A program made the position numbers and the translations under genes. The notes under the pieces were generated by a model. It had not been told where the DNA came from. It was given only the letters and a program-made list of their open reading frames with translations, and ran no database searches. 64,000 nt of DNA from Sedimentisphaeraceae bacterium JB056 (lineage in GTDB: Bacteria; Planctomycetota; Phycisphaerae; Sedimentisphaerales; Sedimentisphaeraceae): assembly GCA_044440125.1 (NCBI GenBank), contig JBITAJ010000012.1:32001-96000 (forward strand). Direction: 5' to 3'. Shown piece by piece: positions 18,191 to 28,638 of this stretch (positions are counted from its first letter, which is position 1; the number at the start of each line of letters is the position of its first letter).

Positions 18191-19945
18191 ATGAATAAAC
18201 GTAGATATATCCTATTATTTATGCTTTTCTTTTGTACTGTTTTGAAAGCAGAAAGTTTTAAGGTAGGTTTTGCCAACTCATTGCAAAAACTGCGAGGCGA
18301 TAGAACAGCAGTTAAAGATGTTGTCTATAAAGATAGCGTTTATCTTGATATGGCAAGAGATGAGAGTGAATCATTTCAGCTTGTAGTTGTGCCTCAGAAT
18401 TCAGAACTGAAAAATATAAAGGTGAACTTGAATCCTGTTATTATGGGAAGCGATAAACTTAAGACCCGCTGGCATATTGTTAATTATGTAAAGACTTCTA
18501 ACCCTTCATATCCAACACCTTATGTTGGCTTGTGGCCCGATGTTCTGATGCCTGCAGCAAACTTTGATGTTGCTGCTGATGAAGTGCAGCCATTATGGTT
18601 CAGCGTCATAAGCGATCCGCAAACTCCTGCAGGAGTGTATAATGGAAGCATAGAGATAAGTGATGGAAAGACGACTGAAATTGTTGAGCTTGTGGTAAAC
18701 GTTCGTAATTTTACAATACCAAGGCCTGGTACACTGGCTACGCCGTTCGGTCTTTATAAATGGACTCTCGAAGAATGGTATTACGGCAAACGAGGTACTC
18801 TGGCCAAGGAAGACTTTATGCGATGGTGTGAGTTTCTCGCGGAGTACAGGTTGACGGTTAAGAATATCGGCTATGAGTATGTTGAGAAAAAATACGCGGA
18901 CGTTGACGGGGAGAAAAAACTTGTCGGTGTGGATATGTCAAAACTCAACCCTGAGCTTAAGAGATTATCCAATGAATATTTTGCACCATACTCTTACGGA
19001 CTTTACCGGCTGCAATCGGGCCCGACAGTTGAAAAAGGGATGGAGGCCCAGGCATCGTGGTGTACGCCTGAAAATATCGCTGCTCCGGTCAAACTTCATT
19101 TTGACCAGTGGCAAAAGCAGGGTTTTAATGATGAGGTATACATTTATGGAGTTGATGAAGCTACTAATGGCGATATGTACGAGTTGATCAAAGATACTTA
19201 TGCTCTCATCAAAAAGGATATTCCGAATTCAAAAATCATGCAGACCGGACTTTGCAATAAGCCGGAAATGGTTGGTTTGATAGATATATGGTGTCCTAAA
19301 AACGAGATAGCATGGGCCCCGTTCTTTCAGGAGCGGCTCAAAGCCGGTGATACTTTATGGATGTATGTGTGCTGTTCGCCGGTGCCGCCGTATCCTAATC
19401 TCCTTGTAGATGAACCGGCGGTGCATCACCGTGTGCTCTTCTGGCAGACAAGGCAGATTGGCGCAACGGGTTTTCTTTACTGGTCAACTCTTTGGCATGC
19501 GGGTATAGAGGACAAGCCATATACGGATAAGCCGGCGTTTCCCGAAAGAATGTGGGATTATGGAGAGTCTAATATGTATTCGGATGTGTGGGTGCATGTC
19601 AATGGCGACGGGTTGTTAGTTTATCCGGGTAAGAACCTTACCCCGCTGCCTTCAATCAGGCTTGAAATTGTGCGTGACGGTATAGAAGACTACGAATATA
19701 TGGTGATACTTGAAAAACTTGTCGCTGAAGTAAGTGCACTGGAAAAATATCAAACTAAAGGGACTGCTTCACTTATCGCAAGAGCAAAAGAGCTTTCACA
19801 GGTGCCGGATTTTATTTCGAGCAGCGCCCTCAAGTATACTGAAGAGCCTCTGGTTCTTTTCGAAAGACGTCGCGAGATTGCGGATATGATCGAACAGTTC
19901 AAAGATATTCTTGAAAATAAAGACTACACAAACTGGAAGATGTAA
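18191..19945 (+). CDS. GH123-like (DUF4091) glycoside hydrolase 1
   Basis: 'DESESFQLVV', 'WPDVL', 'YGVDEA', 'DIWCP', 'GFLYW', 'NGDGLLVYPG', 'PSIRLEIVRDGIEDYEY'; signal peptide. Confidence 0.85.
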   Translation: MNKRRYILLFMLFFCTVLKAESFKVGFANSLQKLRGDRTAVKDVVYKDSVYLDMARDESESFQLVVVPQNSELKNIKVNLNPVIMGSDKLKTRWHIVNYVKTSNPSYPTPYVGLWPDVLMPAANFDVAADEVQPLWFSVISDPQTPAGVYNGSIEISDGKTTEIVELVVNVRNFTIPRPGTLATPFGLYKWTLEEWYYGKRGTLAKEDFMRWCEFLAEYRLTVKNIGYEYVEKKYADVDGEKKLVGVDMSKLNPELKRLSNEYFAPYSYGLYRLQSGPTVEKGMEAQASWCTPENIAAPVKLHFDQWQKQGFNDEVYIYGVDEATNGDMYELIKDTYALIKKDIPNSKIMQTGLCNKPEMVGLIDIWCPKNEIAWAPFFQERLKAGDTLWMYVCCSPVPPYPNLLVDEPAVHHRVLFWQTRQIGATGFLYWSTLWHAGIEDKPYTDKPAFPERMWDYGESNMYSDVWVHVNGDGLLVYPGKNLTPLPSIRLEIVRDGIEDYEYMVILEKLVAEVSALEKYQTKGTASLIARAKELSQVPDFISSSALKYTEEPLVLFERRREIADMIEQFKDILENKDYTNWKM

Positions 19946-20982
19946 TGCAGATAAAAAGACTAAATAGAGAACAGGTGCGCGCAGCGATAAAATTTCAGTC
20001 GCCCTCAAGACCTCCTATCGCCCATGCTCTGACTTTTGAACCGGAATTATGGGCGAAGTATCCGGAGCAGCTTGACCGTATCAAAAGAGATTATCCCGAT
20101 GATATATCTTTTCACAATGTACATGTTGACTACTGGCAGGCTCCGGTGGATAAGCCATTTTATCGATGGGCCTTTGGCGGTAAGCAGAAACCGGCCGGTA
20201 CTGCTATAGACAGCTGCCCGGTGATAGAAGACTGGAATGATCTGGATCAGTTTATAAGTGAAATGCCGTCGCCTTTGGATGATAAGCCTTACGACGAAGT
20301 AAGACGGCTTGCCAATCAAAATCCTGACGATTATATATTGATTAGCTTTGGACATTATTTCAATCAGAAGTTTGCTTCCTTTCGAGGTATTGAAAATCTT
20401 TTGATGGATTTTTATGACAGTAAACATGAATTGCAAAGACTTCTTGAAGCGATTCTCGGTTATTACCAGGTGCTTGCCGAGCGCGTTGCCAAAGCCGGGG
20501 CTAACGGGATTTATGGCGGTGAAGATTTGGGTACGCAGAGAAGCTTGTTTATGTCGCCGCAAATTTTTCGTGAGGTATATAAACCATATTACATTCGCTT
20601 TGCCGAGATACTCCATGCTAACGGACTTGATTTTTGGCTGCATAGTTGCGGTAATATCACTGAGATAATACCTGATCTGATAGAGGCCGGTGTTGATGTA
20701 CTGCATCCGATACAGGTTGGTACGATGGATGATGAGCAGATAGTCAAAGATTATTCCGGTAAGATTTGTTTCCATGTAGGTATGGATGTTCAGAATCTTA
20801 TACCTTTTGCTACCGTGCAGGAAGTACGTGAGGGAATACGAAAGCGGGCCTTCAATTTCTATCGTCCTGACGGCGGTGTTATTTATGCTGCCGGAAATGT
20901 CATAACCGATGGTACGCCGCTGGAGAATATCGAAGCTTACGCACAAGAGCTGTTTTATTTTGTGGAGGCGCACACAAAATGA
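19945..20982 (+). CDS. UroD/MtaA-CmuA-fold protein 2
   Basis: 'EDLGTQRSLFMSPQIFRE...LHSCGN...AGVDVLHPIQ'. Confidence 0.88.
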   Translation: MQIKRLNREQVRAAIKFQSPSRPPIAHALTFEPELWAKYPEQLDRIKRDYPDDISFHNVHVDYWQAPVDKPFYRWAFGGKQKPAGTAIDSCPVIEDWNDLDQFISEMPSPLDDKPYDEVRRLANQNPDDYILISFGHYFNQKFASFRGIENLLMDFYDSKHELQRLLEAILGYYQVLAERVAKAGANGIYGGEDLGTQRSLFMSPQIFREVYKPYYIRFAEILHANGLDFWLHSCGNITEIIPDLIEAGVDVLHPIQVGTMDDEQIVKDYSGKICFHVGMDVQNLIPFATVQEVREGIRKRAFNFYRPDGGVIYAAGNVITDGTPLENIEAYAQELFYFVEAHTK

Positions 20983-22205
20983 CATCAAGGGAACGGGTTT
21001 TACGAAGTATAGAATTCAAGAGTGTGGACAGGCTTGCCAAGGACCTTGGCGGTATGGCATCGACGGGAATAAGTGCGTTCGCTTATCCGAGGCTTGTCGA
21101 AAAGCTTGGACTTGCCTATCGCAGGCCAAAAGTTCATGATGTAGGTCAGATGCTGGCTATGCCGGATATGGATGTTCTCGATGCGTTGGGTTGTGATGTG
21201 GTAACGGTTTTTCATGGCGTGACCAACGCTTTTGAACAGGATGAGAAATGGCACGATTATGATTTTGGAGGCAGGCTCAAGGCAAAGATTCGTGATGCCT
21301 CTATGTTTGAAGTTTTATCTGACGGTACGATTGAATGTAAAACTCAAAAGTCAAAAATGCCTCCCGCTTCGACCGTTTTCGATACCGAACACGGCGGCCA
21401 GTCTGTATGTCTTTCCGGAGATATACCCAAACCAGATCTTGATCAGTTGCGGGAGCAGTTGAATAAGAGTTTCCCTTCCGAGTCGCAAATAGAGGAGACT
21501 GCTTCTCTTTGCCGAATGGTAAGACAAAGTACCGATAAGGCGGTCTTTTTTAACGGCCCGATTTACAGCGGACTTGGTATATGCTCTTTCGGCGGGATGG
21601 GTATTTTCCCGATGCTGTGTATGCTCGAACCTGAGTTCGTCAAAGAGTTGCATGGTATTATTGCTGATAACGCGACCACTATAATACATAAAATGCTTCC
21701 TGCCATAAAGAATGATATTGATATTTTATTGTTCGGTTCCGATGACTGGGGTACGCAGAATTCTCTTATCGCTCCGCCGGAGGTTTACAGGGAATTGTTT
21801 CTGCCGTTCCTCAAGCGAATGAACAGCGAGATAAAATCTATAGCTCCCGATCTTAAAATATTTCTGCATAGCTGCGGCAATATAATTGATATACTGCCGA
21901 TGATAATCGAAGCAGGGTTTGATGTGCTCAATCCCGTGCAATGGTCAACGACCGGTCAAGGCAGTTATGTTAAGTGGAAAGAAAAGACTCACGGCCGCAT
22001 CGCGTTATGGGGCGGCGGGGTAAATTCCCAGCATACTCTTCCTTTGGGAACAGTGGATGATATAGAACGTCAGGTAAGAGAAACCGTAAAATGTTTCTCT
22101 GATGGCAGCGGTTATATATTTGCTAACACACATAATATATTGTCAGAGATAGAACCCGAAAAAATAACGGCTATGTATAAAACGGCTGAAGAAATTAAGA
22201 TTTAA
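20979..22205 (+). CDS. UroD/MtaA-CmuA-fold protein 3
   Basis: 'MTSRERV', 'DDWGTQNS', 'FLHSCGN', 'GFDVLNPVQ', 'GYIFANTHNI'. Confidence 0.88.
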   Translation: MTSRERVLRSIEFKSVDRLAKDLGGMASTGISAFAYPRLVEKLGLAYRRPKVHDVGQMLAMPDMDVLDALGCDVVTVFHGVTNAFEQDEKWHDYDFGGRLKAKIRDASMFEVLSDGTIECKTQKSKMPPASTVFDTEHGGQSVCLSGDIPKPDLDQLREQLNKSFPSESQIEETASLCRMVRQSTDKAVFFNGPIYSGLGICSFGGMGIFPMLCMLEPEFVKELHGIIADNATTIIHKMLPAIKNDIDILLFGSDDWGTQNSLIAPPEVYRELFLPFLKRMNSEIKSIAPDLKIFLHSCGNIIDILPMIIEAGFDVLNPVQWSTTGQGSYVKWKEKTHGRIALWGGGVNSQHTLPLGTVDDIERQVRETVKCFSDGSGYIFANTHNILSEIEPEKITAMYKTAEEIKI

Positions 22206-22225
22206 AATTGTTAAGAGGCTTTAAG

Positions 22226-23353
22226 ATGACAAACAGAGAAAGATTATTGACAGTACTTAGAGGCGATATACCCGACTGCGTACCGGTATGTCCCGACATA
22301 TCGAATATGATTCCCTGCCGCCTTACGGGCAAGCCGTATTGGGATGTTTATCTCAAGAACAATCCTCCGCTCTGGAAGGCTCATATAAATGCATTGAAAT
22401 ATTTCAACCTCGACGGTGGGTTTGAGATGTATCGTTATCCCGACCCGCTCGGTGATGCTCCGAAATATGAAACAAGAATACTCAAACGTGAAGACGGCAA
22501 AATCATAACGAGGGATTATTACACTGAGAAGCAGGAATGGGCAAAATATCTCTGGGTTTATTATGAGAATGAGGCGCCCGCTGCTTATGTCAAACCTGCA
22601 ACAGTAGGGCTGCCCGAGGTGCCGCAACAATGGGAGCAAATAGATAATCCTGTAGAGTGGCCTGATGGAATGGAGCTGTGGCGTATCATACGAAAAGAGA
22701 TGGGAGAGCAGGGATTGATGGGTATGCCTTCGGGTATGCATACGTGTTTGCTTAACACTGCCGATGATGTGTATGAGTATTATGATAATCCCGGCAAGTA
22801 TCACAAGATGGCCGAGGATATGCTTGCACTTTCACTGAGCAGGATCGAGAGGATATCCAAGTTTCCAGTAGAGGATCGTCCGGACTTTATTGCCTGTGGA
22901 GCATCCGGTTCGCTTGTTCTTCAGACGCCCACAATATTCAGGGAGCTGATCTTGCCGATGCTCAAAGAGGTAACCAAAGCGGCAAAGAATATCGGTCTGC
23001 CCACACAGGTTCATTCCTGTGGCCCTGAGACGGCACTTGTCAAAATGGCCGCCGAAGAGACCGACCTTACTGTAATAGATCCACTTGAGATTGCTCCGAT
23101 GGGAGACTGTACGCTTGCGGACCTCAAGAAAGAGTTTGGCGACAAGATCGTTCTCAAAGGCAATCTTCATACTACTGACGTAATGCTTTACGGCAGCGTG
23201 CAGGAAGTTAAGGACGCGGCAAAGAAGGCGATTGATGACGCGGCAGAAGGTGGACGTTTTATCCTGTCCACCGGCGACCAGTGCGGCAGGGACACACCTT
23301 TCGAAAATATCGAGGCGATGGTGGAAGTAGCCAGAACATACGGCAAATATTAA
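22226..23353 (+). CDS. UroD/MtaA-CmuA-fold protein 4
   Basis: 'MTNRERLL', 'VHSCG', 'LKGNL', 'FILSTGDQCGRDTPFENI'. Confidence 0.88.
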   Translation: MTNRERLLTVLRGDIPDCVPVCPDISNMIPCRLTGKPYWDVYLKNNPPLWKAHINALKYFNLDGGFEMYRYPDPLGDAPKYETRILKREDGKIITRDYYTEKQEWAKYLWVYYENEAPAAYVKPATVGLPEVPQQWEQIDNPVEWPDGMELWRIIRKEMGEQGLMGMPSGMHTCLLNTADDVYEYYDNPGKYHKMAEDMLALSLSRIERISKFPVEDRPDFIACGASGSLVLQTPTIFRELILPMLKEVTKAAKNIGLPTQVHSCGPETALVKMAAEETDLTVIDPLEIAPMGDCTLADLKKEFGDKIVLKGNLHTTDVMLYGSVQEVKDAAKKAIDDAAEGGRFILSTGDQCGRDTPFENIEAMVEVARTYGKY

Positions 23354-23368
23354 ATGAAAGAGGTGTAA

Positions 23369-25168
23369 ATGAATAAGCTGCTGTTTAATTTCATAACCAT
23401 AGTAATGATCAGTACGAGTTGTTTGCAGGCTTCGTATAAAATTGCTTATGCCGATTCCATGACTAAGATCCGTATGGAGAAAGAGTATGCATCCGATCTT
23501 CCGATCGTTTCGGATATTGATGTTGATATGGCGGCTAATGAAAGTGAATCTTTCCAGCTTGTCATAATACCCGACGACTCAAATATTGAAGAAGTGTTTG
23601 TCAACTTTGAGAATACGACTTTTGATGCCGATGAACTGGCTATTGAATATTTCAAGGTCGGCTATGTGAAAACCGGTAAGCCGAAAAAGTACGATCCGTT
23701 ATATGTCGGTTACTGGCCGGACAGACTTATGCCCGTTGACACCTTTGATGTCAAAAGTGAAAATGTTGCGGTTTTGTGGTTTAAGATTACCACTAATAAA
23801 AATATACGCAGGGGCAGTTATAAAACTGATATAAGGATAACGAGTGCCCGGCAGAGCGATCTTGTAGAGTTGAATGTTAAGGTGAGAGATTTTGTCATAC
23901 CTGAAAAGGGAACATTTGCGGCTCCGTTCGGATTGTATCTGCCGTATATTTCTAAATGGTATTTTTCTGACGAAGATTATATAGGCAACATTACTCCCGA
24001 GCAATACGGTCAAATGTGCGAATCGCTTTACGAATACCGGCTTACTCCCAAGAATATAGGCTATGAATATGTTCACAGAAAAATCGGCGACCAAGTGCTG
24101 CCGCAAGCCGGAGCTAATGCCGGCCGGATCTTTGTTCATAAGGATATGAGCAAACCGATCAGTGTTGATATGGAGAGCCTGCAAAAGACCATCGGTCGGC
24201 TTGGCGATCAATTCCCGGATTATTCGTATGGAATCTATCGTTTGCCGCCGTATGAAGAGCTGCTTAAAGACGCCGATATTACTAACGGTCAACGAGATAC
24301 TTCCAGAGAAAATCTTGACAATTTGGTTCTGCCGGCTCTCGCCCATATAAAAGAATGGAAGAAGCAGAACTTGTCTTCGGTCGGATATATCTACGGGGTT
24401 GATGAGCCGCGGGAGTTTCATTTGGGTTTTTTGAAGGAGCTTTATACGAAGATCAAGGCCGAATTACCGGATGTGAAAATTCTGCAGGTGATTTCAACGG
24501 GAGACCCAAGCAAACTTGAAGGTTTGGTTGATATCTGGTGCCCATTGACAATCTTGCTCCATAGGGAATACGATTTTTTCCAGAAACGAGTTGCGGCAGG
24601 CGACATGCTTTGGACGTATGTCTGCTGCTGGCCTGAACCGCCGTTTGCAAACTTTTTCATTGATGAACCAGGTATAGATCACAGGGCATTGTTCTGGCAG
24701 GCTCAAAAGGCCGGAGCTACAGGGCTTCTATACTGGAGTGTTGCGTGGTTCGAAGGGCTTGAGGAACTTAAAGCTCCCGATGGGATAACCCTCAAAGAGC
24801 CTGTCGATATGACCAAGCACGAGATGTATGGCCGATCTAAAGTAAACGGTGACGGTTTGCTCTTGTATCCCGCTGAAAATTTTCAATTCAATCCGTCGAT
24901 ACGTCTTGAAATAATAAAAGACGGCATTGAAGACTGTGAATATTTTTCCCTTCTGAAAGCGTTGGTTCAGGAAGTAGAAAATATAAAAAGTCTTGATCAG
25001 GAAGATGCGGCCCGTCTTTCTCAGGCGAGGAAACTTATTGCCGTGCCTGATGATATAGTTGAAGATATGATTAATCATACTTCCCGTTCTAATGATATAA
25101 CAGATCATCGAAGAAAAATAGCCGATGCAATCGAAAGCTTAATGAAGATAAAAGAAAAGAGAAAGTAA
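23369..25168 (+). CDS. GH123-like (DUF4091) glycoside hydrolase 2
   Basis: Paralogue of 18191..19945: 'NESESFQLV', 'YGVDEP', 'DIWCP', 'NGDGLLLYP', 'PSIRLEIIKDGIEDCEY'. Confidence 0.85.
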   Translation: MNKLLFNFITIVMISTSCLQASYKIAYADSMTKIRMEKEYASDLPIVSDIDVDMAANESESFQLVIIPDDSNIEEVFVNFENTTFDADELAIEYFKVGYVKTGKPKKYDPLYVGYWPDRLMPVDTFDVKSENVAVLWFKITTNKNIRRGSYKTDIRITSARQSDLVELNVKVRDFVIPEKGTFAAPFGLYLPYISKWYFSDEDYIGNITPEQYGQMCESLYEYRLTPKNIGYEYVHRKIGDQVLPQAGANAGRIFVHKDMSKPISVDMESLQKTIGRLGDQFPDYSYGIYRLPPYEELLKDADITNGQRDTSRENLDNLVLPALAHIKEWKKQNLSSVGYIYGVDEPREFHLGFLKELYTKIKAELPDVKILQVISTGDPSKLEGLVDIWCPLTILLHREYDFFQKRVAAGDMLWTYVCCWPEPPFANFFIDEPGIDHRALFWQAQKAGATGLLYWSVAWFEGLEELKAPDGITLKEPVDMTKHEMYGRSKVNGDGLLLYPAENFQFNPSIRLEIIKDGIEDCEYFSLLKALVQEVENIKSLDQEDAARLSQARKLIAVPDDIVEDMINHTSRSNDITDHRRKIADAIESLMKIKEKRK

Positions 25169-25169
25169 T

Positions 25170-27161
25170 ATGGATTTTAACGCAGGATTAACTGATAGAT
25201 TTTCTACGGGCTGTAACTACTGGGCTTCACATGCCGGGTTGTTTATGTGGAGCAGATGGGACGAGGCAATAGTTGAGGCAGACTTTAAGCTTCTAAGCGA
25301 AAAGGGGCTGAAGACTTTGCGGGTCTTTCCGCTCTGGCCCGATTTTCAGCCGCTCAACGTTCTTTACGGCGAGTTTGGAGCGGCCAAGGAAGTTCGCCGC
25401 GGCGAGAGAAGACTTGATAGTTCGAGTCCTGAATCAGTTGCCTGTGTTGATCCTATTATGGTAGATCGTTTTGAGAAAATGTGCGAGCTGGCCGGAGAGT
25501 ATGGCCTTGAGCTTACCGTTATGCTGCTCACCGGCTGGATGAGCGGCAGACAGTTCAAGCCTGCTCCTCTCAATGACCGCAACATATATTCCAATCCGTT
25601 CGCCCTTAAGTGGCAGGTTCGGTTCGTGAAATATTTTGTGGAAAGGTTCAGGTCGCACAAGTGTATTGTGGGCTGGGGGCTTGGCAACGAGAGCAATATA
25701 ATGAGTACCTGTGATGACCCTGATACCGCTTATAGCTGGACGGCTCTTATATCCAACACGATCAAGGCCGCCGATCCTGAGCGGCCGGTAATTTCCGGAA
25801 TGCACGGACTCAGCGTTGACGGCAGCGGGCTGGGTTGGAAGATATCCGATCAGGGGGAACTTGTTGATATCGTTACAACCCATCCCTATGCCTTGTTTGT
25901 TAAACATCTTGATGGTGATAAGCTGCTAAGCATAAGAAATACAATGCATATTGCTGCGGAGTCAACGCTTTATTCCGATCTTACCGGCAAGCCGTGTATG
26001 AGCGAGGAACTTGGTGATCTTGGGACCAATCTTCTTGATCCACAATCCTCAAAAACGTTTCTAAATACTTGTCTTTTATCAGGTTGGGCTAATAATAACC
26101 TTGGTCTTTTATGGTGGTGTGCTTTTGAGCAGCGGCATCTTGACGATGCTCCTTACGATTGGTTTGCTTTTGAACAGGAGCTTGGTATTTTTAGTGCCGA
26201 TGGTAAGCCTAAGCCTACTTATTCAGCTTTTGAGAATTTTCACTCATTCCTCAGTTCTTTGCCGCCTCAGTTGCGAAAGCTTCCGCCGCGAAAACGCGAT
26301 GCCGTTTGCCTTCTCAGCAGAGGGCAGGATAACTGGGCTGCCGCTTTATCAACTTTTGTCCTTGCTAAACAGGCAGGTTTTGACGTACAGTTTGTTACAG
26401 AGGAGAATATACTTCCCGATGCTGAACTATATATGCTGCCGTCACTTTGCGGTTATGGTCCGGTATCTAAGTTTATGTATAAACAATTGCTTGATAAAGT
26501 GGAAGCTGGTGCAAGCTTATATATAAGCTCTTTTGATGCTTTACTGCCTAATCTCAGTGAGTATGCAGGTGTGAAAGTGATTTCAAGGAGTAAGTGGAAT
26601 TGTGAAGGCAGTATCAAGCTTGACGATGGTACCTCTATTAGACTGCCTGATGAGATGACCATGCAGCAGTGGCATAGAGAGGGCGGCTTCTTTGCTGATG
26701 CCAGCCAGTATTCTCTTGAACTGGAACCGGTTGGAGCTGAAGTGCTTGCAGATGATGAGAACGGTAATCCTATTTTAACTTGTAATAAATACGGCAAAGG
26801 TTTTGTATATTTCCTTAACTTTGGATTGGAAGTTATACTTGCCAAGACGTCTTTTGCTTTTGAAAACAATATGGACGATTTCTTTAAGCTTTATCAAAAA
26901 ATAAGTGGTAAGGCTTTGTCGCAAAGAGCTGCTCTTAAGAGTGAAAATCAGAAAGGACTGGCTATCTCAGAGTTTGTTATTAATGAGGAAGTGGTATGCG
27001 TAGGCGTTAACCACTATTGCTGTAAGATTGAAGGAAAACTTGACTTGCAGAACGATTTTAAGCTGGTTAAGTCTTTTGGTGGCGAGGTTAAGTCTTTTGG
27101 TGACAGGTGTTTATCTTACAGGCTGGATAAAGGGAAGGCTTTTGTTGCGATTTTAAGTTGA
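25170..27161 (+). CDS. Cytoplasmic clan GH-A hydrolase (GH5-like) with GH42-like trimerisation domain
   Basis: 'GCNYWASHAG', 'LRVFPLWPDFQP', acid/base 'LGNES', 'HPY', nucleophile 'SEELG', 'WWCAF'. Confidence 0.8.
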   Translation: MDFNAGLTDRFSTGCNYWASHAGLFMWSRWDEAIVEADFKLLSEKGLKTLRVFPLWPDFQPLNVLYGEFGAAKEVRRGERRLDSSSPESVACVDPIMVDRFEKMCELAGEYGLELTVMLLTGWMSGRQFKPAPLNDRNIYSNPFALKWQVRFVKYFVERFRSHKCIVGWGLGNESNIMSTCDDPDTAYSWTALISNTIKAADPERPVISGMHGLSVDGSGLGWKISDQGELVDIVTTHPYALFVKHLDGDKLLSIRNTMHIAAESTLYSDLTGKPCMSEELGDLGTNLLDPQSSKTFLNTCLLSGWANNNLGLLWWCAFEQRHLDDAPYDWFAFEQELGIFSADGKPKPTYSAFENFHSFLSSLPPQLRKLPPRKRDAVCLLSRGQDNWAAALSTFVLAKQAGFDVQFVTEENILPDAELYMLPSLCGYGPVSKFMYKQLLDKVEAGASLYISSFDALLPNLSEYAGVKVISRSKWNCEGSIKLDDGTSIRLPDEMTMQQWHREGGFFADASQYSLELEPVGAEVLADDENGNPILTCNKYGKGFVYFLNFGLEVILAKTSFAFENNMDDFFKLYQKISGKALSQRAALKSENQKGLAISEFVINEEVVCVGVNHYCCKIEGKLDLQNDFKLVKSFGGEVKSFGDRCLSYRLDKGKAFVAILS

Positions 27162-27185
27162 AAAATAAAATCAGCCTAAAACTTT

Positions 27186-28190
27186 TTATTGGACTGAGTC
27201 GCAGAAAGCCTCAAATACCTCATCTGGCACATCTGCGGGTATCTCACAGCCGGCACTGAGCATATAGCTTGTATCTTTTGCTTTTTGAATACAAGACTTT
27301 GCCTTTTGGGCACAAACCTGCGGTGTTGCCTGTAGAATATCAGCTACCGGATCGAGATTGCCCTTGAAGCATTTGCCGGCTTTGCCGTAAACACAGCAGG
27401 CTGTATCAAAGTCAACCATATGATCAACATTGAAAAGATCGGCGTCAGTTTTTACCATATCCTCAAGCAAAGCAGAGGTATTGCCGCATATATGGAGTTT
27501 TACAAGTCCGCCGGCGTTGTGTACCGCCTGAATAACACGCTTCTCATACGGCAGTGCGAATTCACGATACATCTCCGGAGAGATTAAGGATGCCGCTGCA
27601 TCTCCGGCACCGACCATATGCGCTCCGCTTTCAATTTGCAGTAATGCAAAATCAATAACTATATCGGTGAGAAATTCGAGGGTCGTATGAACAAGTTGCT
27701 GATTTTCGTAAGTCAGCATTAGAAGCTCACTTACGCCACATATCGAGCATGATTCGGCAAAAGGCATATCTACCCAGCCGGCTACCATACATCTGTCACC
27801 AATATTTTTTGACAGACACTCAACAGCTTTAGCCCTGTCGTACATTCTCGACGAAGCATTGGAAACATCAGGTCGTTTGAGAGAATTCAAATCCTGCAGA
27901 TTTCTCACCAAGGGAGCGGCAAGATGGGGTGGATGCTCTTCCGGGAAAACCATTTCTCCGCCAAGATCAGCCGATACCCTGAATGCATCCGAGCAGGCCG
28001 TTACTGCATCGACATTGAATTTTTCAAAAATGTTTAACTGAGATTGCGCAAGTACTTGTGCATCACTTGCAAACTGCCTGTAAGATGCGCCGATTCTTTT
28101 GGCTGCAAAACTCATCAAAAGTGGAAATACCGGCGTTCTGTCGACCTTTTTCCCTGCGATACTGTTCAAACATCTTTGCTTGGAGTTCAT
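27186..28190 (-). CDS. MtaA/CmuA-type methyltransferase (UroD fold) 5
   Basis: 'GAGDAAASLISPEMYREFALPYE', Zn ligands 'LHICG' and 'SAGCE'. Confidence 0.9.
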   Translation of the reverse strand: MNSKQRCLNSIAGKKVDRTPVFPLLMSFAAKRIGASYRQFASDAQVLAQSQLNIFEKFNVDAVTACSDAFRVSADLGGEMVFPEEHPPHLAAPLVRNLQDLNSLKRPDVSNASSRMYDRAKAVECLSKNIGDRCMVAGWVDMPFAESCSICGVSELLMLTYENQQLVHTTLEFLTDIVIDFALLQIESGAHMVGAGDAAASLISPEMYREFALPYEKRVIQAVHNAGGLVKLHICGNTSALLEDMVKTDADLFNVDHMVDFDTACCVYGKAGKCFKGNLDPVADILQATPQVCAQKAKSCIQKAKDTSYMLSAGCEIPADVPDEVFEAFCDSVQ

Positions 28191-28638
28191 AAATAATGAT
28201 TCCCTTAAATTTCTGCTAAATAGAAGGTGGAAAATAAATTACAGCTTCTGGACATTGAATATTAATATATACATGTACAAATTAAGTGCAAGTAAATAGT
28301 CTCTTATATTTCCGATAATCCTATCGGGTCTATTTATTTTCAAAATTTTATTGAAATCCACGATTTTGGCTGTCTTTCTCGACTTTTGCCGGCCTTACCT
28401 TTTCTTAAATCTCATAAAAGACGTTTTTTTTTGTATAAATAGTAAAAAAGTTGCTTTTTACTCGGTTTTATGGATACTTATAAAGGTATAATTGCGGCTT
28501 AGTGTAGCCGTAGAAATTTTAATAAACGTGAGCGTTCATAACCCAGGTGATGTTTATTGTATGAAATTGCAATATTATTGTTAAATGTATGAATGTTTAC
28601 AAATAAACAAAAAATCTTGCAGATAGTTTGGAGATTAT

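Noticed and set aside
20047..20988. 313-aa minus-strand ORF
   Set aside because: Antisense to a well-supported UroD-fold gene
27060..27103. Short duplication GGTTAAGTCTTTTGGTG within the GH5-like gene
   Set aside because: Only two in-frame copies (VKSFG); no evident significance
7506..28190. Heme biosynthesis (hemE) cluster
   Set aside because: The proteins have H-x-C metal motifs, lack the HemE 'RQAGR' signature, and have no hem gene neighbours
28191..28638. Long AT-rich intergenic region as a possible ncRNA or riboswitch
   Set aside because: No recognisable conserved structure; consistent with divergent promoters
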